DNA of 64,000 nt from the human T2T-CHM13v2.0 reference genome, Homo sapiens, in assembly GCF_009914755.1 (NCBI RefSeq), contig NC_060939.1, one strand, 5' to 3'. Both the position numbers and the translations under genes were made by a program. Below are positions 44,619-59,100 of the stretch, in pieces. Under the pieces are notes generated by a model. The model had not been told where the DNA came from. It worked only from the letters and a program-made list of their open reading frames with translations, and searched no databases. Each line of letters begins with the position of its first letter. Position 1 is the first letter of the stretch.

Positions 44619-45729
44619 TTAGGAGCATTTCTGAGATTTGGAGCTATTCAACCATGGAAGTTCCTGGCACATACATCAGGTATTCACAATACCCTTTCTC
44701 AGGTGTTTGGTCACTGCTAGTGAGCCTGCCTGGATCAGTGTTTCCCAAATGGCAGTCATTTGCATCTTTGCATTTTTTTGGGGGGGGGGTTGTGGGGGTA
44801 TATACCATACCAGATTTTTTAAAAATTGACATTAAAAAATACATGTATAAAATGTGTAAAGTGCACTAATCTAAAGTGCACTGGATGTATTTTTTATTGA
44901 TGTACATACTTTTGTTATCCATCACCCAGGTCAAAATACAGAATCAGCACCACAGAGGGTTCCCTCCTCCTCCTTCCCAGCCAATAATCTTCTCCTCCTA
45001 CCTAACCAACTGTTCTTACTTCAATCACTGTCAACTAGTATTTTACATTCTTGAACTGCATATAAAGTGTCTCAAGTTTCACTTAACACTTTTCTTGAAA
45101 TACACTTGTTTTTTGCCACTTTTTATTTGACCTAAGAAGTAACATTAATGAAACAATGATTTGACGTGATAGGCATTTCCCTCCTAATGAGCACTAAAAC
45201 ACTTAACTATTTGAAAAAAGAAGTTTCTCCGTGTACCAGCTAATATATTCTCCTCGGCCGCCGTTGGTACACGGACCACATTTTGTTTCTCAAAGCAATC
45301 CGATGATTTCTGAGGTCCTTTGCAGCTTGAACACGGAACGACTGTGGTGATCGAGTAGCCAAAAGTTCACGGAATGCACTGTCACAATTGTGATTCCGCC
45401 ATAGCGCCGTGCATCCATCCAACACTTGTTTAATACCTATATTTAATACCTAATACCTTAGACTGTCCTAGGCTGTGGACACAGAAGACTAAACCCCACT
45501 TCCTGAGTTGAAGTGGGGGAAATAGAGGAGTAAATCATTTCACGATGTGTGGTTAAATGCTACAGCTCAGGTAACCACGAGCACACAGAGAAAGGGCAGT
45601 TTCTAGAAACAGGGCGGAGAGGAGACCGTGAGTGGGCATTTCCCAGAGCAGTCTCTGCCAGCCACCCTGCTGTGATCACTTTGCCACAGAGCAGCCCCGG
45701 CGGTCAACCTCAGCCTCCCTTAGCAACCT

Positions 45730-46720
45730 GAGCGCCCCGCCCAGGTGCCTTACTATTGGTCTCGTGGAGCGGGATGGGCAGCTCTGCCGTGCAATCCCAG
45801 CTCGCAGCCCTTGCTCCGCGTGTACTCACGGGAGGACTCGCAGACGTTACTGCCCTCTTGCGTGCCCCGGCCACCCCCGGGCGGCTTGTAGCCGGTGCGC
45901 GGGGTGGCTGGGGCTACGTGCAGAGCTGTCGCGGAGCCGGAACAGCAGCGGTGAAGCCCCTCGGCTCGGCCGAGACCGCCGTGCCCATTGCTCGCCTCGG
46001 TTGCCGCCGCTTTAGCCGCAGCCGCTGCTGCCGCCGCCGGGGGAGAGGCAGCCTATTGTCTTTCTCCGCGGCGAAGGTGAGGAGCTGTCTCGGCTCGGCC
46101 CGCGGGGGAGCCCCGGGAGCCGCACGGTGAGAGCGCAACTTAGTTGGCGGAGTTGGGGGAAGTTTTGTGATTTGAGGAGGGGTCGGGGTGCGGAGCGCGG
46201 CCCGTCCCCTGCGGCCGCTCGGTGGGGCGGGCCCCAGAGGAGGGTCGGGGGCTGCGCGGGGCTTCAGGGGCGGGCGGCACGGATGGGTAGCCGGGCGGCG
46301 CGGGGACCTCAGCTTTGCGGACCCCTCCTCCCTGCGCATCACCCTTCTCCCGCATTGTCTGCTTGGGGCTCGGCGCGCCTCCCACTCCGCAGCCCAACTT
46401 GGGGGCCGTCGCCGCTTTCCGGATGGGGGGCGCGCCCGGCGGCGGATGGCCCCGAACCCTTGCCCCGGGTCCCCGGGTTGGCGCCGCTGGGGCGGACTCA
46501 CTCCTCCCCTGGGGCGGGCGGCCGCGGTGTGGAGTCCGCGCCGCGAACAAGTGCTGCGGGCGCGAGGGAGCGGTTCCCCGGGGCCGACGCGGACGGTAAA
46601 CCTGTCCGGCGGCGCCCGCCTGCTGGGGCCTCTCCGCTGTTTCTCGCGGGCGCGGCCCGGCTGAAACTGCGACCGTCGGAGGCGAGCGGCCCTCTGGGAC
46701 CCGTGCAGCCGGTCCACCTT
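45730..46720 (+). promoter_or_regulatory. CpG island with a first exon ending at 46126 (gcacg|gtgaga); resembles duplicated AKAP13 promoter/exon 1, probable start of a UBE2Q2P/GOLGA2P-type chimeric transcript
   Basis: Dense CpG and GC content; ggcagcctattgtctttctccgcggcgaag...gagccccgggagccgcacg matches my recall of the AKAP13 5'UTR. CpG island is certain; AKAP13 origin is recall. Confidence 0.7.
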
Positions 46721-48325
46721 GCAGCTATACTTTGAGACTAAACATTTTTTTTTTTTTTTTTTTTGCAAAGGCAAACCGGTATGTGAAGTTGAAAAAAGCA
46801 AAAACCCTCAAATTTTCCTTCTTTCTTCTTTTTTTTTTTTTTTTTAAATCAAGAAAGGGGGTAGATAGGTTTGTTTTGTTTTGGAAATAGTTTTTATAGC
46901 AGAGTGATACCGTCACATTTAATGATCCTACTGTGAATTCAAGAATTCACGATGAAAGTTGGATTGAGCGGTATTTTGGTGTTCATTCTTTGCTGATACT
47001 CATTAATGAAGTTAGTTGGAGAATTTATTGCTTCAGTACAGTAAAAACCAGTGTGCCTTTTTTTTTGTTACTACTCCCCCCTCCCCGCATTGTTTTATTT
47101 TTCGAAGAAGCACTTTATTCAGTTTTTCTAAGCCACGGGATTGCCCAGATGAGGACCAACGGTGCAGTTCTTGAAAGGTCATTATTGGCAAGTTTGTGAG
47201 GGAGCTAAGATGAGTTGAGATAAACCAGTGTTACTGTTCTTGTATTCTGTCGTGGACTCTTGGGGATTTGCAGGCTGCATTAAGTACAAGTCTGGTCCAG
47301 TTTTGGGTGCACGTATTCCACTGAATTTGGTTCGTCTGGCTTATTATATGAACATGATTCTGTTTCACTTCCCCAGATGGAACTAGCTTAAATGTCTATC
47401 ATTTATAGTGACAAATGATCAAAATGGCTAGAGTGTCATTTATTAACTTCAGTTGTAGTCCTTTACCTTACCTTCTGCTAAATGAAAAAGAAAAATTTGA
47501 CAAATACTGTGTGCGTCAGTTTGCTCTGAGTGATTTCTCGTGCTAAGTGAGTCCTTTGGAGAAGCGTTCCTGGGCTTTTCTGGTTTGGTGGGCCTTGTGT
47601 TATAAAACCAATTTTCTTCACCTGATGAAGCTAAAGACAAATTTTCTTCAGGCACAGGCATTGCCCTTTTAAACTACAGAGCCACTTGTAGGATTCACAA
47701 TACTCACTCAATGGCTTCCCTTCCTGGCAGTGTGGTTTTGTGTGTGTGTGTGATTGTGGGGAAGGAGGCTGACAGAGGTTGGAAGGGATTGTCAGGGAGG
47801 GACATCATGTAAGCAAGTACTAACAACATAACGTGACGAGGGCACCAGTTGCTTTCCTTCTGTGGGCGGTGATGGCATGTTATACTGTAGGTACTATTGT
47901 TGTAGGATTTCTCACAGTTCGTTTGCCTTGACTAAATGGTAACTGCACACATACTATACTATAAATGGACTCCTCCTCTAGTCCTTTAACTCCTTGAGGG
48001 CTGTGATAGACCTTATTTAACTTTGTACCCTCTTTGCCAGTGGTTTTAACATAGTGCAGGCACGGTATGTGTTTGAATTGGGTAAATTACTTTTACTGCC
48101 TAGTGGTAGCTGGTGTACACAGGAGAGGGCCACCAACTCTGGGGACTTGTCCAAAATGACAATTCCCTTGCAGATCTCTGATGAAATTTACTTTAAAAGG
48201 ACTTCTAACCTTTTTTTTAATCTGTCGGTTATTTTTTGAAAAGAAGTGGGGCTTAACTAGTGCTCTAAGGATTTTAACAAGAGATTCCGATTTAGAAATC
48301 TGTTCCCCCTTTTGGTGAAATTCTT

Positions 48326-48443
48326 ATTTTTTTTAGAGTCAGAATCTTCACTGTTGCCCAGTTGTCTTCCTGGGACCCAAGCCGTCCTCCCACCTCAGCC
48401 TCCCACAGTACTGGAATTACAGGCGTGAGCCACCCCACCCAGC
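48326..48443 (-). mobile_element. Alu monomer (FLAM-like)
   Basis: Antisense monomer. Confidence 0.75.
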
Positions 48444-49323
48444 TGGTGAAATTATTAAAATTGTAGTGAAAACTCTGCCTCCATTGTGAAATTGGAAAAA
48501 AATTAGAAATTTTAGAAAAAAGTACGCCCTTTGGAGCTAGGTAGAGTTCAGATCCCCACATTTCCATTGAGTAGTTGCATAGCCTCTCAGAGCTTCAGCT
48601 TCCTACTCCTTAAGGGTTAGTAACATGCTTTGCAGTGTTGTTAGGAATCAGTGAAACTGTGTGAGATACTTAACTGCAGTATCTAACATGGAGTAGGTAG
48701 CTATTTCCTGGTAGCTGTAATGATAATAATTTTGATACGTTTTTACATGACTTAAGCATTCTGAAAAGTCTGATGCTTCTGAGTATGGAGGCTTAGCTAT
48801 TTCTTTCATAAAGAAGGGGCCCTGAGACTTGTGAGTCTTATCCAAATGCGTTTCTTCAAAGGTGTCAGATGAACTGAAGGATAATGGAAACAATAGCAAA
48901 TTTATCTTCTCAGTCACCTGTGAGTCTTCCTTTGAGAGTGGGACTTGCAGAGTACTTGGTAGGGTAGAGCTCTTTGTGACTATGCTATTTAGGAAATGGT
49001 GAGAGATGGATTGTTTTCAGTACATCAGTCATAAGAGGATATGAGTGAGTTCCAACTTTCCTTATTTTACCTTAGTCTTGACAAATAACAAGTATGGATT
49101 ATGTCTGTATTTCTCAGACTTGTTTAAGGTAGAACTGGACTGGGTGTTAACAGTGTTAGTTCAGCAGAGACATGAGCAAATCACTCACTTCCCCTTCAAG
49201 ATAACACTTTAAAGGTGCCACCATTTGCAGAAGAAAGCAGTGATTTAAAGCAGCTATACTAGCACAGTTTAGAATACTTACACTAGCTGATGGAGTAGAT
49301 ACATTCTAGAAATATTTACCTGT

Positions 49324-49560
49324 AGTGGGAGTTGAACAGTGAGAACACATGGACACAGGGAGTGGGGAACATCACACACTGGGGCCTGTTGGGGGTTGGG
49401 GGGCTAGGGGAGGGATAGCATTAGGAGAAATACCTAGTGTAGATGACGAGTTGATGGGTGCAGCAAACCACCATGGCACGTGTGTACCTATGCAACAAAC
49501 CTGCACGTTCTGCACATATACCCCAGAACTTAAAGTATAATAATAAGAAAGAAAAATAAA
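49324..49560 (+). mobile_element. Short L1PA 3' end
   Basis: L1 3'UTR text; 14-bp TSD aaatatttacctgt at 49310-49323 and 49558-49571. Confidence 0.92.
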
Positions 49561-49747
49561 TATTTACCTGTTAAGGACATTTCTGTGTATTTTATTCCAT
49601 CTTTCCAATAGTTTTCTTATGAAGAGATTATAGTTAACCTTTGAACTTAACAGATTGAGAGGGTAAACCTTTAAAAAATATATTTGGTCACACTTACAGA
49701 CTGAGGGTAAAAACATTCCTGACAAAGCTAGGCGAAGACACTTGGAC

Positions 49748-50037
49748 TTTTTTTTTTTTTTGAGACGGAGTCTCGCTCTGTCACCCAGGCTGGAGTGCAG
49801 TAGCACGATCTTGGCTCACTGCAACCTCTGCTTCCCCGGTTGAAGCGAATCTTCTGCCTCTCCCGAGTAGCTGGGACTACAGGCACACGCCACCATGCCT
49901 GACTAATTTTTGTATTTTTAGTAGAGACGGGGTTTCACCATATTGACCAGGCTGGTCTTGAACTCCTGACCTCGTGATCCACCCACCTCAGCCTCCTAAA
50001 GTGCTGGGATTACAGGCATGAGCCACTGCACCCGGCT
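49748..50037 (-). mobile_element. AluS
   Basis: Antisense Alu flanked by acacttggacttt TSD. Confidence 0.95.
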
Positions 50038-50137
50038 GAAACTTGGACTTTTGATGTTTCCTTCTTTTAAAGTTAACATCTAGCACTTGAATAGACTTGG
50101 TTATTACTGATGGGGACAGGCATCCATTTGGAAGTAG

Positions 50138-50526
<389 letters not shown>

Positions 50527-50534
50527 GTGTCCCA

Positions 50535-50780
50535 CTCAGTTGCCCAGGCTGAAACGCAGTGGCAGGATCACTGCTCACTGCAGCCTTGAACCAAGCGATT
50601 ATCCCACCTCAGCCTCCCAAGTAGCTGGGATCACATGCATGCACCGCCATGCCTGGCTAATTTTTTTATTTTTGTAGAGACAGGGTCTCTCTATGTTGCC
50701 CAGCCTGGTCTCAAACTCCCGGGATGAAGCAATCCTCCCACCATGGTCTCCCAAAGTGTAGGGCTTACAGGCGTGAGAGC
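50535..50780 (-). mobile_element. AluJ
   Basis: Antisense diverged Alu directly after the previous one. Confidence 0.85.
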
Positions 50781-52736
50781 CTGCTGGGGTTTTTGATTGA
50801 CATTGCATTGAAACTGGAAATCAGTTAGGAGGCAACTGACATTTTAATAATGAGCCATGAACATGGTATATCTATTTATTTAGACCTTCTTAGATTTTTC
50901 GTCAGTGTTTTGTAGTTTTTAGCAGTTGGATCTTGCTTGTATTTTGTAATCTTACACATTTATTTCATGTTTGTGGTACTGTTGTGAATGATACTTCTCA
51001 ATTTCCAGTTGGTGATTGCTAGTATATAGGAAGGTGATTTTATGTTATATGCTGACCTTGGATTCTACAACCTTGCTAAACTCATTTTTAGTACTAGAAG
51101 CTTTTTTGTAGATTTTTGGAATTTTGTGCATAGACAGTAATGTCACTGGCAAATAAGGGCAGTTTAATTTCTTTGTTTTCACTTTGTATGCTTTTATTTC
51201 CTTTTTTTTTTTTGAGACGGAGTTTCTCTCTTGTTGCCCAGTAAATTAGCCCATGTAAATATTTCTGTTTGTATCTCTTGAAAGTAAAGACTCTTTTAAC
51301 CATGGATGAGTGTCTTGATCAAATCAACATGGCTTGTTCATGTCGATACCATTTGCTCAGAGGGGAAAGATTAAGGGAAAAATGGGGTTGGATTTGAAAT
51401 GCCAGGACCTGTCTACTGGGTTTGTGATTTGTTATTCTCTAAAGTTGTAGCTCTTAAAACAAAGAAAGGAGTGAGTTTGGCCTATTCATTAACTTTTACT
51501 CTTTAGACAGTTCAAATGTTTATTGAGTTCTTCTACAGGGCGAGCCCTGCCTTCTTCATGCTTACCAAGAAGCATTTTTACGCGGTTTCTCTAATGTTTG
51601 GGTGAACGGTACCTCACTAAGTTGTTTTTCACGCACGTGCGTGCTCGTTCCTGAAGAGTCCTGTCCAGGTGCTCTGCCCGCTTTTCCTTTCAGGCTTCTG
51701 TATCAGCTGCCGTTTCCCTATAGAACGTGCCCTGACCTCCACCCCTTAACCCTAACCAATTTGCCTTTACATGTCTGACCATCCATCAAGGCTCTTTTGG
51801 GTCATATTCAGTCCATGTTGATATTTCCCCTTCCTCCCTTCTTTAGTCCTTACTATTTTTGCTTTGGTCATGTTTTCTTACACTGTATTCTGTAAGCCTG
51901 TTTAATTTTTTTATGGTGGCAGGGGAAAATATTTTATAATTATGCTTTGTGCTTTTTATCTTCCACTCAATAAATGCTTGGTAAATATTTGTTTTATTGA
52001 ATGTATGAGCCTATTCTAGCTATATTGTGCTTGAACAAAAATCTTAACTGCCTTGTAAGTTAACTGCTAAGAATTTGTCAAAAGTGCAGAGATAACATCA
52101 AGAGCTTGTCATGGATAGTACAAAAAGGTCTCTAAGGGCTTGATGGAAGTCTGTAAATTGACTTCCTATGAAAGAGAGTGTAAGAAGTGAAAAAAAGCAA
52201 AACAGAGTAGATGTTTTACTCTGTTTGCCAAGGGATTTGTGCTATTTTTTTCCTGTTTTATAAATTTGTCCTAATCTTAAATAATGAAGGGAAAAGAGCA
52301 CTCTTTTTCAACCAAGGAATCCTTTTTATACTTCTTTTCTGTGAAGCCATGTTATGAAAGATTGTTATACAAACTTAAGTATAGTTTTTCCATCTTCAGT
52401 AACAGACCTGATTGCCATCTAGTTACTGGTTCTGATCACACAAGAATGCAAAGCAGCTTGTTCTAATAACTTGTGCAGGCCTATTGGGAACTAGTATATG
52501 GCTTTGAGTCCTTTTGAAGTATTTAACATAATTTGGCAATTCCATTACGCCTTTTATGGACTTCTTGGCATCTATGAACTCTTGGTAGGGAATCACTGTT
52601 TTAGAATGAAAAATGTCTCCCAGGAAGTAAATTAGCCGGTAAACAAATGAAACTTCATTTTTTATATGACTTGTAGAGCCTAAATTATTACTCTTTCTGC
52701 ATAAGTGGCTGCTTTCTAGGCTGCTTTTAGCGAGAT

Positions 52737-53176
52737 TGTTAGAAACAAATGATTGGTGCTGTGAGGAAGAAGCAGCACTCAGGCAAAAAAGTTTTCTCAG
52801 CAAGACAATTTGCTTCTGCAAGTATGCTGCTTGCATTAGTCATGATTGCAAGAGCACACCAAACGGGGTGGAGCAGGGGTTCTTATCCCTAATGCACTCC
52901 CTACCTCTGTGTCATTCCAACATGGGCTGGGGTAGGACTGCACAATCTTAGCTGACTCAGCTGGATATTGTGAATATTTTCTCTAATAAGAAAGGGAGGG
53001 GGAATGTGAGTTACAGATTGGGGCTGGTAGGAAGAGTTGTTTACAAGGCAGGTTACTAAGCAGGTAACTAAGCTGGTAAGTAGGGTCGAGAAGGTACAGG
53101 GAAATTGTTCTTAGGAACAGAGAACAAGGAAGTTGAACAAGTTAAACCTTTGAAGAGGAACTTACTGTACCTAACA
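52737..53176 (-). mobile_element. 3' LTR (LTR10 family, subtype uncertain)
   Basis: tgttag...ctaaca termini; PPT AAGAGGGGGGAAT adjacent at 53177-53189 on minus. Confidence 0.9.
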
Positions 53177-56100
53177 ATTCCCCCCTCTTAATTTTTGTAA
53201 TTCTTCCTCTTCAAACTTTTTTAGCATGTCTTTGCTTTGCTGTTCTGCTTGGTTTTCTAGAAGGAAAAGCTTATCTGAATAGGGTGGAGGAGAGCTAAGA
53301 GAGGTTTTGGTAAGTTCTGTGTCTATGAGTCTTTGCAGTAGTCCACAAATGTATGGTATGATACAGCATCCAACAAGAATAAGCACACCTATAACGATTG
53401 CAAGAGAAGTAAATATTGAGGACATTAAGCCTTTCCATTTTCCAGACCATTTCTCCATTAAACTTGTAAAGGGATCATTTATTCCAGAATTGCTTGCTAA
53501 CTCATTGGATAAGGAGGTTAGGTCCTGCAAAGCTTTTGTTACTGTTCCGTCAGGGGCTGTGTTATTAGGAATAAAAGTACATCATTGGACTCCAATCATG
53601 ACACAGACACCACCTTTTTCTGCTAGCATCGTATCTAGGGCTATCCTGTTTTCCCAGACTATTTAGTTAATGGGACCTAATTGGGAGGCTGTTCCCTTAA
53701 TGGCATGTCTTGTGTAGTTAACAAACCTTTGTTGGTTGTAATAAATGTAGTTTATCCGATCTACATTTTTATTTACAGTTGACCACCAAAACAGCACAGA
53801 TTCAAATCCTGAAGCTGTTTGATTTCGGGCCTTAAATTTATCTGGTACCCCTCGTGGAACTCCAGTAGCATCTTTATAAACGTGGGAGTCAAAGGACCCA
53901 TGAAGGTCACTTCTTCTCTTCTGATTTTCTCTTCTATTATGTTAATGGAATGCTAGGGTGAAAGGGATGGCCAGTTGGACTAGAGCACAAGTACCACTCC
54001 AGTTACTTGGCAGAGTGTCCAGTAAGGGTCCACCACAATACCACCATACGTATGCTCGAGGATGAACAAGGGCAGACTGACTGGTAAGCTCTTGGGAGAG
54101 TTTAAGTTCACCGCATCCCTTTAGGTCTTCATGAAATGCCAAGTTTTCCCCTTGTTGTGAGAGACCCGAGGTAAAAATTGGTGTCAATAGATGGAGGCTG
54201 GATGGCCCTCAGGGACTGACCTGCAGGGTGTTGGACTTTAGGGAATAGCAGAGAGAGAGCTTGGCAAGATTCATTACCCCAGGCTGTGGGGTCTTGGAGA
54301 AGAGCTACCATACAGCTCATGCCCAGTTGGCTGGAAGACCATCCGAGTGGAAAGGGGACAACCTGGGCCTCTGGCCTACTGTGCGCACAAGTGTAACAGT
54401 TGCTTTTGTTTAGAGTGCGGACAGAATATTTAATCCATTCTAACCAAGCATTTGCATCTTGGTACCCTGTCTCAGTTGCTATGGTTTGTTTCAAATTTTT
54501 AACTTCTACAATGGCTTACCTTGATTTTATCCTTGGTTGAAGGAAGAACAGCGGTTTCGTTGAGAGAGAGTGTAGAAGGAGGTGGAGGAGGTGAGAAAGT
54601 AATGAAATGCATTTCAAAGGATTCTATAAGATGTGTCCCTGCTATTTTGGCTCCTATGCCGTATAAGCGACTTAAAGTAGGTTTAGGGTTGGCAGAAGTG
54701 GGGATAAGAATAGAAATTTGCACTGGATTACATTGGTTATACTGGCAGTCAGGGGGTGGGGAATGTTTCCTTTAACAAAGCAAACATGGTTTTAGAGACT
54801 TACAACTGCCTGTTGACAAAGCCCTGATGTTCAGTTGTCCACATAATATCATTCCAGCTGTGGCAGGCCTGTTTCCCTACATTTCTTAAGGAACAAGAGT
54901 CGTAATGGGGGAGGCTTTTGTCTGAAAGGGACGGAGATACTTCTCTGAGGCTGAGAGTTGCTTTTGACTTTGGAGAGCTCCACAGGATATAACAAGGCAA
55001 GCATCAAAGGTAATAGTTTGGGGTGAGCTCGACCTAGTTACATTAATAACGAGAGGACTAGCAATAGAAGGGGAAAAGAAATATAGCATAAGAGGATCAA
55101 ACCCGTTTTAGCTTTAACTTGGTTGGAATTGGCCCTGAAATAGCTGTCCATGATTCTGGAGTGGGTGGTGCTCTTTTGACTCAGGTATGGTGAGTCCATT
55201 CTTTTTCAGTGGTGTGGACGGCTGTCTCAGTCATTAGAAACACTAGATAATGTCCCTCCCAGGTGGGCTTGAGCTTCCTTTCTTTCTGACCTTTGATGAG
55301 AATGTGGTCACTGTCCGGGCTGGTGGTGGTGAACTGGAAATTCAAGGGGTGGTGTATGTGCCAAGAGGCCTTTAGTCCTAAGGAAAGAGAAAGTGGAGGA
55401 TAGACCAAGTATATAGTTCTTGAGAAACAGATCTTTTGTTTCGAACGAGGAATGTCAGCAGTGGAGTGTAGATAAGGCAACTCATACAGCATTTCATAAG
55501 GAGGTGAGCCGACATCTTTCCTAGGGGCAGTTTGGAATCTTCACAAGACCATGGGGAGGCATTTAGTCCATGGCAACCGAGTCTCTAGGACTAATTTGGT
55601 TAGGTGGTTTTTCAGAGTCTGATTCATTCTTTCTACTCTTCCTGATGAAGGTGGGTGCCAGGGGTTATGGTAGTCCCATGTTATATCTAGTACTTGGGCT
55701 AGTTTCTTAAGAACATGTGCAGTGAAATGAGTCCTGTTGTCTGAATCAGCATTTTCTATTAATCCAAACCTGGGTATAATATTTTCAACTAATGCCTTGA
55801 GTACATTACTAGCAGTTGCACTTGAAAAGGGAATAGCTTCTACCCAATGAGTAAGGTGATCTATCACTAATAAATATTTTAAGTGACCAATTGGGGGCAT
55901 TTCGGCATAATCAATTTGGACAATTTGGAACAGCCTTAATCCTGGATTTCTCCCTCCAACAGGTGGTTTTCTGAGGATCTGCTTATTAGTCTTCTTACAT
56001 ACTAGGCAACTATCTGTAACTTGTCTTGCCAAAATGTAAATTCCTATACATCTGTAGACCCCGAGGACTGCATCACACTTAGCTTGAGGTCCCTAATGAG

Positions 56101-59100
56101 TCCCTTGATGCAGATGAAAGAGGATTTCCCTCATGAGGGGTTTGGATAACATTTCTCTTTGGTCTGGTGACACCCATTTCCCTTCTGAATTTTCTTTGGC
56201 TCCTATTTTTATTAATTTTTCCTTTTCAGCGGGAGAAAAGATGGGGACTGCAGTCGAGGGAGGAAGGCAAGGGGCTAAGTGAAAAACAGGCATTTTCAGA
56301 GGAAACGGCAGTGTGTTTGGCTATTTGATCTGCTAGGTTATTCCTTCCGCTTTGAAAAGAAAGACCTTTCTGATGTCCTGGAACATGGACAATAGCTATT
56401 CTGGCAGCTGCAGGTTATCTAATACTTGGGTGATTAATTCTTTGTGGCCCAGGTCTTGGCCTTTGCTATTAATAAGATCTCGTTCAGTCCAAATTTTTCC
56501 AAAGGTGTGAGCTGCCCCAAAGGCATACTTGGAATCAGTATAAATAGTCCGTTCTTGGTTTTGCAAGTGCTTTAAGGCTTGATTTAATGCAAACAATTCA
56601 TTCACATGTTTGGGCAGACCAATTATTTGGCAGGCTTCCTGACTCTACTTCTTCAAGTGCCTCCCCATCTACTACTGAGTACCTATTACGCCTTTTTCCT
56701 TCAATTACTTGGGAAGAGCCATCTATAAAGAAGCCCTGCCCCGTTTTGTAAGGGGTCTCTCTTAAATCAGGCCTAACTTTTGTATGATCATTAAATCTAA
56801 ACACTCATGCTCAGGTCTCTTTAGATTTGAATCTCCAGTCAGGAAACCTCTGGGTTAAGTGAATTATCAGTGGTTAGTGTTAAATCATCTCTTTCTAACA
56901 GGATAGCTTCATACTTTAAAATTCTCAAGTCAGTAAGCCACCTTCCTGCCTTTTAATTTAAGATGGCTCTAACCTGATGGGGCATGTTTACAACTAACTT
57001 TCCCCCAAAGGTTAGTTTTCTGCTTTCTTTAGTTAACAAGGCGGTAGCTGCAATGGATTGAAACATTCAGGCCATCCACAGGTTACTGGATCTAAAACTT
57101 TTGATAGGAGATCCATGGGTTGCTGGTGACCTCCGTGTTCTTGGGTAAGGACCCCTAAAGCTACCCCCTTATTTATGTTAACAGAAAGGTGAAATGGCTT
57201 TTCTAGGGAAGGCAAAGCTAAAACAGAGGCAGTTATAAGCAGATGTTTTAGCTCCTCAACCTGGTGGAGTTCTTCAGAAGTCCAGAGGAGAGGGTCAGGC
57301 TTTTCTTGGGTGATTTTTAGGTAGAGAGGCTTTATGACAAGGGCATATGAGTCAATCCATAAGCGGCAATATCCGGCTATCCCTAGGAATTTTCTGAGTT
57401 CTTGTTTAGTCTTAGGCAAAGGTATGGATACAATCCCTTCAACCCTCTCAGGCCCTATCCTTCGTTTGCCGTTACTTATTAAGTGTCCTAGGTATTTAAC
57501 TTCAGGCTCTATGAATCGAAGCTTTCTCTTTGAAACCCATAGCCCCTCTCCTTACAAATGGTTAAGGATATGGATGGAGAAAGCAGATACCTTTTCTATA
57601 GCCTAACCGGATATTAATAAGTCATCTACGTACTGGAGCAGACATATACATTTTGGGGTATAAACTTGTTCTAACACTTGTTCTAGAATTTGACCAAAGA
57701 GATTAGGGGAATCTGTGAAGCCCGGGGGTAGAGCTGTCTATCGATACTGTTGCTGTCATCCAGAATGGGGATCTTCCCATTCGAAAGCAAAAATGTCTCA
57801 GCTGTCCTCATCCAAGGAGCATGCTCAAAAGGCATCTTTTAAACCTATTACTGTAAACCATTGATGTTCATATGGAATTTTACTGAGAATGGTTTAAGGA
57901 TTAGGGACAACAGGATGGGTAGTCTAGACTGTCTGGTTGATGGCCCAGAGGTCTTATGCTAGTCGACATGACCTATCTGGTTTCTTCACAGGCAGTATTG
58001 GGGTGTTATAAGGGGACATACAGGGTTCAAGGAGCCCATCCTTGATGAGGCTTTCAATTACAGGTTTCAGGCCTATTCTGCCTTCTAAAGGAATAGGATA
58101 TTGCTTTCTTCTTACTATTTCTCCAGGGGTTTTTAACTTTATATGTATAGGGGGAATTTGGAGTTTTCCCCAATTTCCTTCCCTTGCCCAAACATCAGGA
58201 TGAATGTATGTTTCTTCTGCAGTGGTGAGCAGGTTTAATGAAGTGTAGAATCCTTCTGAGCCAATACGTAAACCTATACCTAATTTTAACATTAAGTTTC
58301 TTCCTAATAGATTAGTTCCTGCCTCTGAAATTAACAAAAATTCAACATTAGCTGAGCAGTTTTTACATCTAATTTCTGTTTCTTTTAAAATTTTTAGTTT
58401 GATTCCCTCTCCTTTTACCCCTGAGACTACAAGCTCCTCTGAGGACCAGGTTATATTGTGGGGGAAGGTAACAAACAGAGGAGCAGGCTGCTCCTGAGTC
58501 TACTAAAAAGGTCATAAGCTCAGATTTGGGTTCCACTTCTAAATTTATCAAGGGCTCTTGGTGGGATTCAAGGTAAAAGAGACAGAGCCCCTAACCCCCC
58601 TATTCCTCCTCAAAGGTCGTAAGTGGGACGACTTCTCTTTCTGATTTTAATTTGGGACAATACCTCTTGAAGTGGCCTACTTTCTCACAATTGAAGCATT
58701 GATTCTGTCTCTTCTCTCTATTTTTGGGTTTCTCGGCTTTGCCTCCTTATGTTCTTTATATGGCTTAGGAAGTGGGGGCCTAGGATCTTTATAGGTTTTG
58801 GCTCTCGGGAGGCTTTGTTTGGGAGTGTGTGGGTCTCTGGGTAACAGAGAGTAATACTGGTGTGTTTTATCCTTTGGGGCCCCCTGTTGGAAGGTGGATA
58901 ACATAATTTTCATTTTTTCTTTTTGCTTCTCCTCATCCCTCCTTACACACACTTTCTGAGCTTCTCTAAGAAGCTCGTTCGTGGGATGGTCCTTCCAATT
59001 TCCTATCTTTTGTAATTTCCTTGTGATATCTGGCTGTTAGTAACAAAATGAAGCTTTAACATTCACTGCCTAAGAGGATCTTCTAAATCTAGGCCAGCAT

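Noticed and set aside
45632-46801. Several 120-295 aa ORFs on both strands
   Set aside because: Expected stop-codon depletion in a CpG island; no recognisable domain
51741-51757. Telomere-like cttaaccctaacc
   Set aside because: Only about two units; compatible with chance
53171-55089. Domesticated syncytin-like env
   Set aside because: Broken into several short frames by stops and frameshifts
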